From a virus: a stretch of 42,745 nucleotides of DNA. The translations under genes were made by a program, and so were the position numbers. Under the pieces are notes generated by a model. The model saw only the letters and a program-made list of their open reading frames with translations. It was not told the origin of the DNA and made no database searches. The stretch covers positions 1 to 42,745 of IMG/VR virus record IMGVR_UViG_3300019849_000002; one strand, written 5' to 3'. Positions 13,539 to 22,055 of this stretch are shown here, piece after piece (positions within the stretch are counted from its first letter, which is position 1; every line of letters starts with the position of its first letter).

Positions 13539-13548
13539 GTACTTTCTA

Positions 13549-13767
13549 ATGTTCCTGAAACGCTGCATTCCGACCATAATCAGTGCTAATTTTGTTATTG
13601 ACAAAGCCTTGCTAGATAACGATATTATAGTGCCGATTACCGTCTATTTTGGGCTGGATGGAGAAGAGTGTGAAAAAGAGGAGGCGGTGACGTTTGTTGC
13701 TGGCAGCGATGACGAGGGATGGTTTGTTGACTATTTGGAAAACTTTTCAGAGCAACGGGTGAATTAG
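13549..13767 (+). CDS. Hypothetical acidic protein (72 aa)
   Basis: Track ORF; its stop overlaps the terL GTG (TAGTG). Confidence 0.65.
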   Translation: MFLKRCIPTIISANFVIDKALLDNDIIVPITVYFGLDGEECEKEEAVTFVAGSDDEGWFVDYLENFSEQRVN

Positions 13768-15212
13768 TGGACCTATCATTTCTAAGTCCCCAACAGCGGG
13801 GAATGGCTGAACCGATAATTCAGCAGTGCGCCATAAGCAGAGTATGGTTCATTGAAAACGTCCTCAAAGTCGAGAAAATTGAAGATTGGCAGCTTAAAGT
13901 ACTGAACGACTTAGATAATGGTATCTCTAAGATTTCAATACGTTCTGGTCACGGAGTAGGAAAAACCACTCTTTGCTCATGGTGCGCTCTACACTTTTTG
14001 TTATTCAGAAACGACGTTAAAGTTATCGTAACATCTCCATCGCAAAAGCAGTTGTCAGATGGTTTGATACCGGAGATTCAGAAATGGATTTCTAGACTGC
14101 CGCCTTGGATGAGTAGACAATTAACGACAACATCTGAGCGCGTTACGCGAGCGCCAGATACAATGAACCATTTTATATCGTTTCGTACCGCCAGAAAAGA
14201 GAACCCAGAAGCTTTGGCCGGTGTACATGCTGAGAGCGTTCTGATTTTGGTAGATGAGGCTTCTGGTGTAGAAGAGGTGATCTATGAAACAGGACAAGGT
14301 GCTCTATCAACGGAAGGCGCTATTGCTATTCTCATCGGGAACCCTACTAGACCATCTGGCTTCTTTTTCAAAACCCACACTGAGCTATCGGATTTGTGGA
14401 AAACATATAAGGTGGCGTGCCACGACAGTTCACGTGTATCAGAAGACTACATCGAAACGCAGAGACGGACTTATGGAGTTGACAGTCGTGAGTACAAGGT
14501 GCGCGTTCTCGGGGAATTTCCAGACAGTGGTGCCGACGCAGTTATACCTAGGGAATATGTTGAAAGTGCGCATGGTCGTGATATTACTCCCCACCGTGGG
14601 GGACTTGTTTGGGGCGTTGACCCGGGCAGGGGCGGTGACCCTAGCGGGTTTGTCGCGCGCCGTCCGAACGTTATTGAGAGTATAGTAGAGCTACGTTATG
14701 ATGACACTATGCGCGTTGTTGGATGGGTTAAAAAACGCTGGGATGAGTTACCTCCGGCAAAACGGCCCGAAACTATATTCGTTGACGCGATCGGTCTTGG
14801 TGCTGGTGTTGCTGACCGTCTTGCTGAGCTTGGGCTCCCTGTTATTGCTGTTAATGTATCTGAGCTTGCAAGTGGGAGTGAGCGTTATGTGCGCCTTCGA
14901 GACGAATTGTGGTATATGATAAGAGATTGGCTTGAGCCTCATGACGTTAGTATGCCGTCAATTGAAGCTGAGCCGTTGGTTGCTAAGATGACACACGAAT
15001 TATGTAGTGTTGAGAGTGAGATTATGAGTAACGGCAAAGTGCAAGTAGAGAGTAAGGAGCGTATGAAAAAGCGTGGTCTGAAATCTCCTAACTTGGCCGA
15101 TGCTTTGGCATTGACTTTTGCGCACGGTGGCGCTGTCATGAACGGAAGTTGGCCCACAGATTGGGGAAAACTGCCAGATTTGGATAATTACAAAGCGCCA
15201 CACATAATTTAA
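13767..15212 (+). CDS. terL: Terminase large subunit
   Basis: 481 aa. Motifs are Walker A SGHGVGKT, Walker B LILVDEAS, and nuclease-domain acidic motifs GVDPGRGGD and FVDAIGLGAGV. The GTG start at 13767 is assumed; ATG 13803 is an alternative. Confidence 0.88.
   Translation: MDLSFLSPQQRGMAEPIIQQCAISRVWFIENVLKVEKIEDWQLKVLNDLDNGISKISIRSGHGVGKTTLCSWCALHFLLFRNDVKVIVTSPSQKQLSDGLIPEIQKWISRLPPWMSRQLTTTSERVTRAPDTMNHFISFRTARKENPEALAGVHAESVLILVDEASGVEEVIYETGQGALSTEGAIAILIGNPTRPSGFFFKTHTELSDLWKTYKVACHDSSRVSEDYIETQRRTYGVDSREYKVRVLGEFPDSGADAVIPREYVESAHGRDITPHRGGLVWGVDPGRGGDPSGFVARRPNVIESIVELRYDDTMRVVGWVKKRWDELPPAKRPETIFVDAIGLGAGVADRLAELGLPVIAVNVSELASGSERYVRLRDELWYMIRDWLEPHDVSMPSIEAEPLVAKMTHELCSVESEIMSNGKVQVESKERMKKRGLKSPNLADALALTFAHGGAVMNGSWPTDWGKLPDLDNYKAPHII
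13787..13802. repeat. PAL16 copy
   Basis: tcccc-aacagc-gggga; 5' end of terL (SPQQRG). Confidence 0.9.
14588..14603. repeat. PAL16 copy
   Basis: tcccc-accgtg-gggga; inside terL (TPHRGG). Confidence 0.9.
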
Positions 15213-15216
15213 GTAA

Positions 15217-15245
15217 TTGACAGACTTACAAAATCGTGTTATGTA
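15217..15245 (+). promoter_or_regulatory. Candidate sigma70 promoter downstream of terL
   Basis: TTGACA (15217..15222), 17-nt spacer, TATGTA (15240..15245). Confidence 0.45.
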
Positions 15246-15298
15246 TAAAGTCCTGAAATACCCGAACAATCGGGTGTATTCCTCCCTGTTGGTCGCAG

Positions 15299-15314
15299 TC
15301 CCTAATAATGGGGA
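15299..15314. repeat. PAL16 copy with 9-bp arms (15295..15318)
   Basis: gcagtccct-aataat-ggggactgc; 19 nt upstream of ATG 15334. Confidence 0.9.
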
Positions 15315-15333
15315 CTGCGATTAAGGAAAAAAG

Positions 15334-15534
15334 ATGAGCAAACCTTCGCACATTCTCAAATTCTTCGCTTACAAACATCTCCCTGTTGCTCTACGGCCTA
15401 TTTCTGAGGCTATTTATAGTGTCGCAGATGAGATGGATAGTAACTTGCCGGATTGTGCTGAGAAAAGCGCAGGATTGAGGAAACTTCTTGAAGCTAAAGA
15501 TTGCTTTGTCCGTGCAAAATTGGAGGAAAAGTAG
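15334..15534 (+). CDS. Hypothetical protein (66 aa)
   Basis: Track ORF with SD AAGGAAAAAAG. Confidence 0.7.
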   Translation: MSKPSHILKFFAYKHLPVALRPISEAIYSVADEMDSNLPDCAEKSAGLRKLLEAKDCFVRAKLEEK

Positions 15535-15716
15535 TGTCTGGTATTAGAGGAAAACGTAATCCTATGCCGAAAAAGGGGATGGCTCCTACAGGAATCTTTT
15601 CTACTCGTGGCAGTCAGAAAAAAGATCCTACAGGCCCTATGGCCAACTTGACAGGAAACAACGCAGATAAGGCGCGTAAAGACCCTGTTAAGCGTGACAA
15701 TCGGATTAAGAAGTAA
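15534..15716 (+). CDS. Small highly basic, low-complexity protein (60 aa)
   Basis: GTG start overlaps the upstream stop (TAGTG), with SD GGAGGA 8 nt upstream. The sequence VSGIRGKRNPMPKKG...KRDNRIKK is rich in K/R/G/P. Track start 15501 is rejected. Confidence 0.55.
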   Translation: MSGIRGKRNPMPKKGMAPTGIFSTRGSQKKDPTGPMANLTGNNADKARKDPVKRDNRIKK

Positions 15717-15732
15717 TCACCGACATTAGGGA
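15717..15732. repeat. PAL16 degenerate copy (left arm tcacc)
   Basis: tcacc-gacatt-aggga; arm TAGGGAGT lies 7 nt upstream of ATG 15740. Confidence 0.6.
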
Positions 15733-15739
15733 GTAAAAT

Positions 15740-15922
15740 ATGCGAGGCAAGTACACTAAGAAGGATGTTTCTCCGCCTATGAAGTCCAGTGCTGCTGGAA
15801 AGGGCGGTAATGGTGGGTACGAACATCGCTCAAAAATGACTGATACCCCAAGAGGTGGTAAAGTTACTATGTCCGATACTGCACGTACAGCTACAGGGAA
15901 ACCGTTGCCGGTTAAAAGTTAA
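15740..15922 (+). CDS. Small basic Gly/Lys-rich protein (60 aa)
   Basis: Track ORF reading MRGKYTKKDVSPPMKSSAAGKGGNGG..; TAATG overlap with the next gene. Confidence 0.6.
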   Translation: MRGKYTKKDVSPPMKSSAAGKGGNGGYEHRSKMTDTPRGGKVTMSDTARTATGKPLPVKS

Positions 15923-18708
15923 TGTCTCAGAGAATACTGCGTAATGACTATTACGCCAGACGCAACCACATCAGGCTTGCTAAAGGCGAAGTTACGAAAC
16001 GCACATTGAGCAATGAAGCAGTGGCCCGAGCACAAAGCTTGGGCGCCTCTATTTCTGATAGCCTGATTCCATTTGACGTAAACTTTGAAGTATTGCGCGC
16101 TACTAGACAAATCAGACTGTTTTTAAGTACTGTTGACGCCAGCGAAACTGTTCCTAATATTGAAATTAAGACACTTTTGAGAAGTGGCGCGAGCGACATT
16201 GTTCAGCTTGCAGATGCTGCTTTGTCGCCTCAACTAGCTGTTGATACATCAAATATTGTGATTTCTGGTAGCAACAGAGTAGTGTCCCTAGCGTCAGGGA
16301 GTTTTACCAATGGCAGATTGTATCGCATGGGATACAGACTTGCTGATAATAATTTAACGCAGTTTTTTCCGGGTAATCCTTCTCCATTCCCGCCTCCTAA
16401 CCCTGCTTATGTGCGCACACAAGGTCCTCATGTTAGGTTTATTACTGCTGATAGCAATTTGGCTCCCGGACAAGGAATTGTTAGAGCTAGCGCACCCGTA
16501 GAAAGCCCATCAACATTTACAGAATTCTCAGTTCATTTGGCAGAATGGCTTTATGATATACCAGCCAATAGCAATAATGAGTTAATTGAGATGCTTCTTG
16601 AGTATGGTAGCGCTCAAGAGGCATTGAAAAGCTTTACTCCTGACAAAACTCAGATTTTTGTCTCTAAAAGCGGTGGTAGATACGGTACAGGATCAATTAG
16701 TGCTCCTATTAGAGACGAACAAGCAGCTGCTGATAGTGCCCAGCCGGGAGACAAGGTTATATTCCGTAAAGGTGAGTATAACCCTATAACTATTAACGTA
16801 TCAGGCACTCCGGGCAATAGAATTGAGTTCATCACTCTTGATAAAGAAAGACGACAAGCTGTTATTGCTGGGGATTTAGAAGGTAATGTGCTATATGGCG
16901 GACAGGGAGTCCCTGCCACTGGGGACAACATTGCTAACAGAGATGCAATTTACGTTCCTGCTCAGCAGCATTTGCGTTTTAAAGGTCTGGTACTGAGAAG
17001 CGTATGGCGTACAGGGCTATTCATAGTGGGCGGTGCTCAAGGAGTTACTTACAGAGACTTCTTAATTCAAGATTTGGAGATTAAGCGCCTTGGTACTTCT
17101 GCGATTAACTTTACAGGGCAAAATAGCGACACTGTAACAACCCTTGGCGATATCATAAACAGAGTTACAGAAGGACGGATCGAAGATACTGTAATTACTG
17201 AAACAAATTTGCCTACTGACGAGAGGCCAGAAGGTGCTAATGTTGAATCTATTAGCGCTGGTGCTCTTGCTTCTGACCTAGTTGTTACAAGATGTACAAT
17301 ATTTAACACAGATCAGTACGGTGTAGACTTCAAAGCAGGGTTTGAGAACGGCGAAATCAGCTTCTGTGAAATCTATGACGTTGAGATTCACGCTATTTAT
17401 CTAGATGCTGGTCGCAGATGGGTAAGAAACGTAGATGTGTTCAATAATGTAATTTATCGTTGCAGAACAGGAGTAGCATTAGCTAGAGAAGCTGGTGAAG
17501 TAGGTAAGACCTATGAGCAGAGTAAACTAGATCTTGGTGCTGCTGAGTTTATTCAAGAACTTAGCAATATCAGAGTTTACAATAATTACGCATATGATCT
17601 AGAAGAGGGAGGATTTTTTCCTCAAGATCATCCAAGAGACTCCCCACTAGACGGGACTATTGACGGAATCACTCAAGTCAACAATACTTGGCATAACGGA
17701 AACAGAATAGGCACCGCCAGAGACGCTAATTGGTTTAAGTGGGGAGTTGATTCTGCTGCTGTAACTATGAATGTGCTATTTGCTCGTAACTTAATCTCAA
17801 ACGAAGAAAACAATGTACAGTTTAGGGATGACCCATCAGCCGGACCCTATACAGGTATAACCTACAGAGATAACTATGATCAGAATGTTGATCCGGGATA
17901 TGTAAACGCTGATGGTAGTACTCCTGACTTCCGTCCTGATACTACAAAGAACTCCCCATTAGTAGGGAATGTTAGCGAAGTACTGACAGCACCTTTTGAT
18001 GAAGATTTCCTAGGAGTAACTAGAGAAGCTACAAGTAGTAGCGGTGCTTTTGAACCTTTGGGAGGCGGAGAAGTAGTAGCTCCTCCTCCGTCTGGTCCTA
18101 CTTTTGGTGATTCAGTTTCAGGAGATATTGCGTCAGGAACCACAGTAGGAACTGCGGCAGTTATAGGAGTAGTACCTAGCCCTAATTGGATTCAATATGA
18201 TGGAGGTGTGGCAGGAGACTTTACTGCGTTTAACCTAGAAAATCAGGATGGGACTCCTACAACTTTAGATTTGTCTTTAATAGGAGCTAATACAAATTCT
18301 AATTCTAGGTCTACAGGAACAGGTGACCTACAAAATATGTTTTTGAGAGGCGTTCAAGTTATTAATGGTACTATTTTATCCATAACTGAGTGTCCTTATG
18401 CTAGATATGATGTAATTATATATTACGACGAAAAAACTAACTCCTCTTCTAGAGGTACCGGAGAGCCACAAAATAGCATAACAGATGGTGTAACTACCTA
18501 CTATTACACTACTAACGCTTCTCCTAATTTTACAGGAACTTTGATAAGATCAGAAGTAACTGTCGATCAGACTGCCGATGGAAATGACGGTAACTATTGG
18601 CTATTTGAGGGTCTATCTGGAGACACAACTTTTACATTTCCTACTCCAATTGGAAGCGCTAGAATTAATCTTACGGGCATTCAGATCGTAGAAAGAACTG
18701 ATCTATGA
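15922..18708 (+). CDS. Right-handed parallel beta-helix (pectate-lyase-fold) protein, putative tailspike/depolymerase
   Basis: 928 aa. GDKVIFRKGEYNPITINVSGTPGNRIEFI plus repeated NN/xIxxC rungs (VDVFNNVIYRCRTGVAL, IRVYNNYAYD) are typical of beta-helix glycanases. It sits, unusually, between terL and portal. Confidence 0.6.
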   Translation: MSQRILRNDYYARRNHIRLAKGEVTKRTLSNEAVARAQSLGASISDSLIPFDVNFEVLRATRQIRLFLSTVDASETVPNIEIKTLLRSGASDIVQLADAALSPQLAVDTSNIVISGSNRVVSLASGSFTNGRLYRMGYRLADNNLTQFFPGNPSPFPPPNPAYVRTQGPHVRFITADSNLAPGQGIVRASAPVESPSTFTEFSVHLAEWLYDIPANSNNELIEMLLEYGSAQEALKSFTPDKTQIFVSKSGGRYGTGSISAPIRDEQAAADSAQPGDKVIFRKGEYNPITINVSGTPGNRIEFITLDKERRQAVIAGDLEGNVLYGGQGVPATGDNIANRDAIYVPAQQHLRFKGLVLRSVWRTGLFIVGGAQGVTYRDFLIQDLEIKRLGTSAINFTGQNSDTVTTLGDIINRVTEGRIEDTVITETNLPTDERPEGANVESISAGALASDLVVTRCTIFNTDQYGVDFKAGFENGEISFCEIYDVEIHAIYLDAGRRWVRNVDVFNNVIYRCRTGVALAREAGEVGKTYEQSKLDLGAAEFIQELSNIRVYNNYAYDLEEGGFFPQDHPRDSPLDGTIDGITQVNNTWHNGNRIGTARDANWFKWGVDSAAVTMNVLFARNLISNEENNVQFRDDPSAGPYTGITYRDNYDQNVDPGYVNADGSTPDFRPDTTKNSPLVGNVSEVLTAPFDEDFLGVTREATSSSGAFEPLGGGEVVAPPPSGPTFGDSVSGDIASGTTVGTAAVIGVVPSPNWIQYDGGVAGDFTAFNLENQDGTPTTLDLSLIGANTNSNSRSTGTGDLQNMFLRGVQVINGTILSITECPYARYDVIIYYDEKTNSSSRGTGEPQNSITDGVTTYYYTTNASPNFTGTLIRSEVTVDQTADGNDGNYWLFEGLSGDTTFTFPTPIGSARINLTGIQIVERTDL
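16285..16300. repeat. PAL16 copy
   Basis: tccct-agcgtc-aggga; inside the 928-aa CDS (SLASGS). The 16-mer is identical to the copy at 32703. Confidence 0.9.
16910..16925. repeat. PAL16 copy
   Basis: tccct-gccact-gggga; inside the 928-aa CDS (VPATGD). Confidence 0.9.
17641..17656. repeat. PAL16 degenerate copy
   Basis: tcccc-actaga-cggga (inner R replaced by C); coding. Confidence 0.5.
17953..17968. repeat. PAL16 copy
   Basis: tcccc-attagt-aggga; inside the 928-aa CDS (SPLVGN). Confidence 0.9.
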
Positions 18709-20831
18709 GTAGAAAAGACGAATTTGGTATAACAAAAGATGAAGCCGTAAATGAGCTTTCTTACGTTGTTGAGGAAGCTCATCAATTCATGGTTTCAGAG
18801 TTTAACCAAGAATGGGAGATAGCAGAAGCTTACTATGCTGGTAAGTGTGATTTGCCTTATGAAAAAGGCAGATCAAATATGGTCAAAACAGAATGCAGAG
18901 ACGTAATTAGAGCTTTGATGCCTAACATTATGAGAATAATGTTTCAGTCAAAGAAGATGGTATCTTATATTCCTTCTACAATTCGTCAAGCTAGCATTTG
19001 TGAGCAGCAAGCTCACTGGATAAACCAGCATTTTATTACTAACGGCGGTTATATGACTGTGTATAGCGCCGCTCTTGAAAGCCTTAAAATGAAGGCTGGT
19101 CCTGTAAAGACTACATGGATTGAGAATGCTGAACCTGAGTTTTTTAAAGTTACCGGAGCAACTAGGGCAGAGGTAGTTTCTTATCAAGAGATGCCTGACG
19201 TTATAATTGAAGAAGTTGAAGAGAGGTCCCCGACAGTAGGGACTGAGATGCTCTATGACATTACAGGCACTCGATATTTTGAAAATGGCAAAATTGAGTG
19301 TTGTCCCTTTCCAATGTATGAATTTTTCATGGAAAGAGATGCCAGTAATCTAGAAGACTATGTGCATGGACATAGACGTAGCGTCACTGTTGGCGAAGCT
19401 ATTGAGATGGGGCTAGAGTATGATAATTGGCGGCAGCTTGATAACGATAACCCAGAAGAAAACGACGCTGCTAATTCGTCTAATATCAGACGTGGTTACC
19501 CTGTAAATCAAGACGATGAGCGTGACGTTGATATTATCAATCATGAATTTTTACTGACAGAGGCTTATTGTAAATATGATATGGATGGTGATGGCGTTCC
19601 AGAGCGCTATGTATTCTTTTTGGGCGGTACTACTTACACATACCTGCACCATGAAAGAGTGGAGGATTTTTGCATTGACATTGTATCAGTCGATCCCGTC
19701 CCATTTACAGTCATCGGTCGCTCAGTCATCGACATTACAAAGCAAAGCCAAGATAATGAAACATCAATACTCCGGGCGATTGTTGACAACGCGCACATTG
19801 CGAACAATCCGAGACCCACGGGTGATCCAACGCAAGTAAATTTCAATGATTTGATGAATAATGCTATTGGTGCTCCAATTCGCGTTAAGGGCAATTATCA
19901 AGTAGGATTTACTGAAACCCCTTTTACTGCTGCTGGTCTATTGCCATTTTTAGAATGGATGGAAAGAGACGCAGAGATGCGTGTTGGTGTCACTAAGGCT
20001 GCTAGAGGCTTAGACCCTGACGCAATGCAGTCCACAGACAAACAAGCTGTACTGAATACAATTGAGCTATCTCAAGGTCAAGTAGAGCTTATTGTTAGAA
20101 ATATAATTGAGACTGGCATTATTCCTATATTTAGACGTATGATGCGTCTATCTTTGCGTCATATGCCCAGACAACAATTGCTGTTGTTTAGAGGCGCTGT
20201 TGTGCCTGTTGATATTAGCATGTTTGACGCAGATATGGGGTGCCAACCAAACGTAGGGTTAGGTACTGGTGCTCCTGAACAAAAATTGCAGACTTTGCAG
20301 TTTGTTTATGGAGAACAAAAAGAGATGATAGCCCAATTCGGGCTAGACAATCCTTTTACATCTTTGTCTCAGATGTATAATTGTCTAGAAGATATGTTAG
20401 AGCTAGGAGGCATTGATAACGTAGGTCGTTATTTCAATGTTGTTACTCGTGACATGGAACAATTTATCGCTCAACAGCAAGCTAGAGCTGCTGCGCAGCG
20501 TGAACAACAGCAGCAGCAGCAGCAGCCTATGGACCCAAGTAGAGCGCTTGTCCTCACAGAACAGACAAAAAGCCGCGTAAAACAATTAGAAATTATGGCT
20601 AACCAGCGAGCAAAAGATCAAGAGCTTACTCAGCGTTCTATTGAGAAAGCAGAAGAATTTGACATTAAACGTGATGAGTTAGCTCAAAGACGTGTTATTG
20701 AGCTAGCAAAAATAGGAGCCAGCGAGCTAAATGCATCCGTCAGACGAGAACAGTCCGCAACTACCCCCGAAAGACAAAATGCGGCATCCGAATCCTCAAG
20801 TACAGAGAGCAATCAAAGCTCTACGGGATAG
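18705..20831 (+). CDS. Portal protein
   Basis: 708 aa, immediately upstream of scaffold and capsid genes, with a long helical Gln/Glu-rich C-terminus. The call rests on size, position and general look, not a named motif. Confidence 0.7.
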   Translation: MSRKDEFGITKDEAVNELSYVVEEAHQFMVSEFNQEWEIAEAYYAGKCDLPYEKGRSNMVKTECRDVIRALMPNIMRIMFQSKKMVSYIPSTIRQASICEQQAHWINQHFITNGGYMTVYSAALESLKMKAGPVKTTWIENAEPEFFKVTGATRAEVVSYQEMPDVIIEEVEERSPTVGTEMLYDITGTRYFENGKIECCPFPMYEFFMERDASNLEDYVHGHRRSVTVGEAIEMGLEYDNWRQLDNDNPEENDAANSSNIRRGYPVNQDDERDVDIINHEFLLTEAYCKYDMDGDGVPERYVFFLGGTTYTYLHHERVEDFCIDIVSVDPVPFTVIGRSVIDITKQSQDNETSILRAIVDNAHIANNPRPTGDPTQVNFNDLMNNAIGAPIRVKGNYQVGFTETPFTAAGLLPFLEWMERDAEMRVGVTKAARGLDPDAMQSTDKQAVLNTIELSQGQVELIVRNIIETGIIPIFRRMMRLSLRHMPRQQLLLFRGAVVPVDISMFDADMGCQPNVGLGTGAPEQKLQTLQFVYGEQKEMIAQFGLDNPFTSLSQMYNCLEDMLELGGIDNVGRYFNVVTRDMEQFIAQQQARAAAQREQQQQQQQPMDPSRALVLTEQTKSRVKQLEIMANQRAKDQELTQRSIEKAEEFDIKRDELAQRRVIELAKIGASELNASVRREQSATTPERQNAASESSSTESNQSSTG
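19227..19242. repeat. PAL16 copy
   Basis: tcccc-gacagt-aggga; inside portal (SPTVGT). Confidence 0.9.
20508..20525 (+). repeat. (CAG)6 microsatellite, poly-Q in portal
   Basis: cagcagcagcagcagcag encodes QQQQQQ. Confidence 0.9.
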
Positions 20832-20985
20832 TGGAGACCTTAAATTACTCTTGACAGAACTTGAAAAAGAGTATATAGAAATGATAGCTGGGTCCGCCCA
20901 TTCTGACGTAGAAATCAGAGAAGCAGCCTACAGTAAGATTGCACTAGGCAGAGACCTTTTAACATTGGTGGAAAACTATGAATAA
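20779..20985 (+). CDS. Doubtful small ORF between portal and scaffold
   Basis: Track ORF 20731..20985 overlaps the portal 3' end, and no convincing SD precedes any in-frame ATG (20779, 20881). The gap also holds TTGACA-15/17-TATATA/TATAGA (from 20853). Confidence 0.3.
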   Translation: MRHPNPQVQRAIKALRDSGDLKLLLTELEKEYIEMIAGSAHSDVEIREAAYSKIALGRDLLTLVENYE

Positions 20986-22051
20986 ACCAGTAGAGACAGA
21001 AGACGGCGCAAGTCTCCATAACATTGCGGCTTCCCTTATTTCTCCGGTAGTCCCTGACGATGGGGACAAGAAGTCTAAGGACAAAGAGCCTGAGCCATCC
21101 GACCTTGAAGATAATCTTGATGATAATGAAGATTATCTTGACGATCAAGACGATCTTGACGATCAAGACGATCAAGACGATCAAGACGATCAAGACGATC
21201 AAGAGGATGAACCCGAATCACATGATGATGACGAATACTTCGACATTCAAGATACTGACCTAATCAGCGTTAAAGTTGACGGTCAGGAAAAAGAAGTCAG
21301 TATCAAAGACCTCAAAGCGGCTTATTCGCTTAACGACGCCACAGAAGGGCGTCTACAAGAGGTCACAGAGGCAAGAAAAGAAGCGCTGTCTCTGAACACA
21401 CAGCTTATGGAAAAGCTGTATGCGGAAGAACTTGTTGTTACTCAAGCTTTACAGGATCTGGAGGAAGGCAACCTCTACAGAGAGATGATTCCCAAACCGC
21501 CTGAAAGCTTGAAGAACTCCGACCCCAAGAGGTATTTACGACATAGCGAAGCATACCAGCAAGATCAGGATCGTATTGCTGCTGCTAAGAAAGCAATTGA
21601 AGATAAAATAGGAGAGCTACAAAAAGCTCGGACTGACCGTCTTCAAGAATATGCCGAAAAAGCAGGGCCTATCATAGCTCAAGCAATACCACAACTTGCT
21701 GATAGGGATGAGAAAGTAAGAAACGCTTATTTTGGCGAAATGTCAAAAGTGGCGCAAGCTTACGGATACAGTGAACAAGAGATTAACAATGCTCTTGATC
21801 CTCGTATGTTCATTTTAGTGAGAGACGCTATGGAGTACCAAAAACTTCTTGGGAGGACTAACGAAGTCCCTGATGTTAGGGACTTGTCCGGTCAGCAACA
21901 GAAAAAGGTCCGCAGGTTGCGTTCTGGCAACACTAAGGGAAAGACCTTGGCACGTAAGAACGCGAAAGCTCAACAAGCCAAGACTGCGCGTGCTAAAAAG
22001 ACAGGAAGTGTAAAAGACGTAGCAGCTACCTTGGTGACATCCAAAGGATAA
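20978..22051 (+). CDS. Scaffolding protein
   Basis: 357 aa between portal and capsid, with an acidic repeat N-terminus, a coiled-coil middle and a basic C-terminus. Confidence 0.7.
   Translation: MNKPVETEDGASLHNIAASLISPVVPDDGDKKSKDKEPEPSDLEDNLDDNEDYLDDQDDLDDQDDQDDQDDQDDQEDEPESHDDDEYFDIQDTDLISVKVDGQEKEVSIKDLKAAYSLNDATEGRLQEVTEARKEALSLNTQLMEKLYAEELVVTQALQDLEEGNLYREMIPKPPESLKNSDPKRYLRHSEAYQQDQDRIAAAKKAIEDKIGELQKARTDRLQEYAEKAGPIIAQAIPQLADRDEKVRNAYFGEMSKVAQAYGYSEQEINNALDPRMFILVRDAMEYQKLLGRTNEVPDVRDLSGQQQKKVRRLRSGNTKGKTLARKNAKAQQAKTARAKKTGSVKDVAATLVTSKG
21051..21066. repeat. PAL16 copy
   Basis: tccct-gacgat-gggga; inside scaffold (VPDDGD). Confidence 0.9.
21140..21202 (+). repeat. 9-bp tandem repeat GACGATCWW x7 (five perfect GACGATCAA at 21158..21202)
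   Basis: Encodes DDQ/DDL repeats; degenerate flanking units at 21131..21139 and 21203..21211. Confidence 0.95.
21867..21882. repeat. PAL16 copy
   Basis: tccct-gatgtt-aggga; inside scaffold (VPDVRD). Confidence 0.9.
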
Positions 22052-22055
22052 CGAA

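Noticed and set aside
13030-13548. A tRNA or other structured ncRNA gene in the long non-coding hub
   Set aside because: I could not fold any segment into a cloverleaf or find T-loop (GGTTCGAAT-like) or anticodon-arm signatures. The hairpins are simple palindromes. This was not checked with a covariance model.
13767-15212. ATG 13803 as the terL start, with PAL16 copy 13787 as its SD
   Set aside because: The GGGGA arm would sit only 0-1 nt from that ATG, which is too close for an SD. GTG 13767, overlapping the upstream stop, fits better, but the start remains uncertain.
20915-21202. 95-aa minus-strand ORF reading MIVLIVLIVLIV...
   Set aside because: It is an artefact of reading the 9-bp GACGATCAA tandem repeat on the opposite strand.
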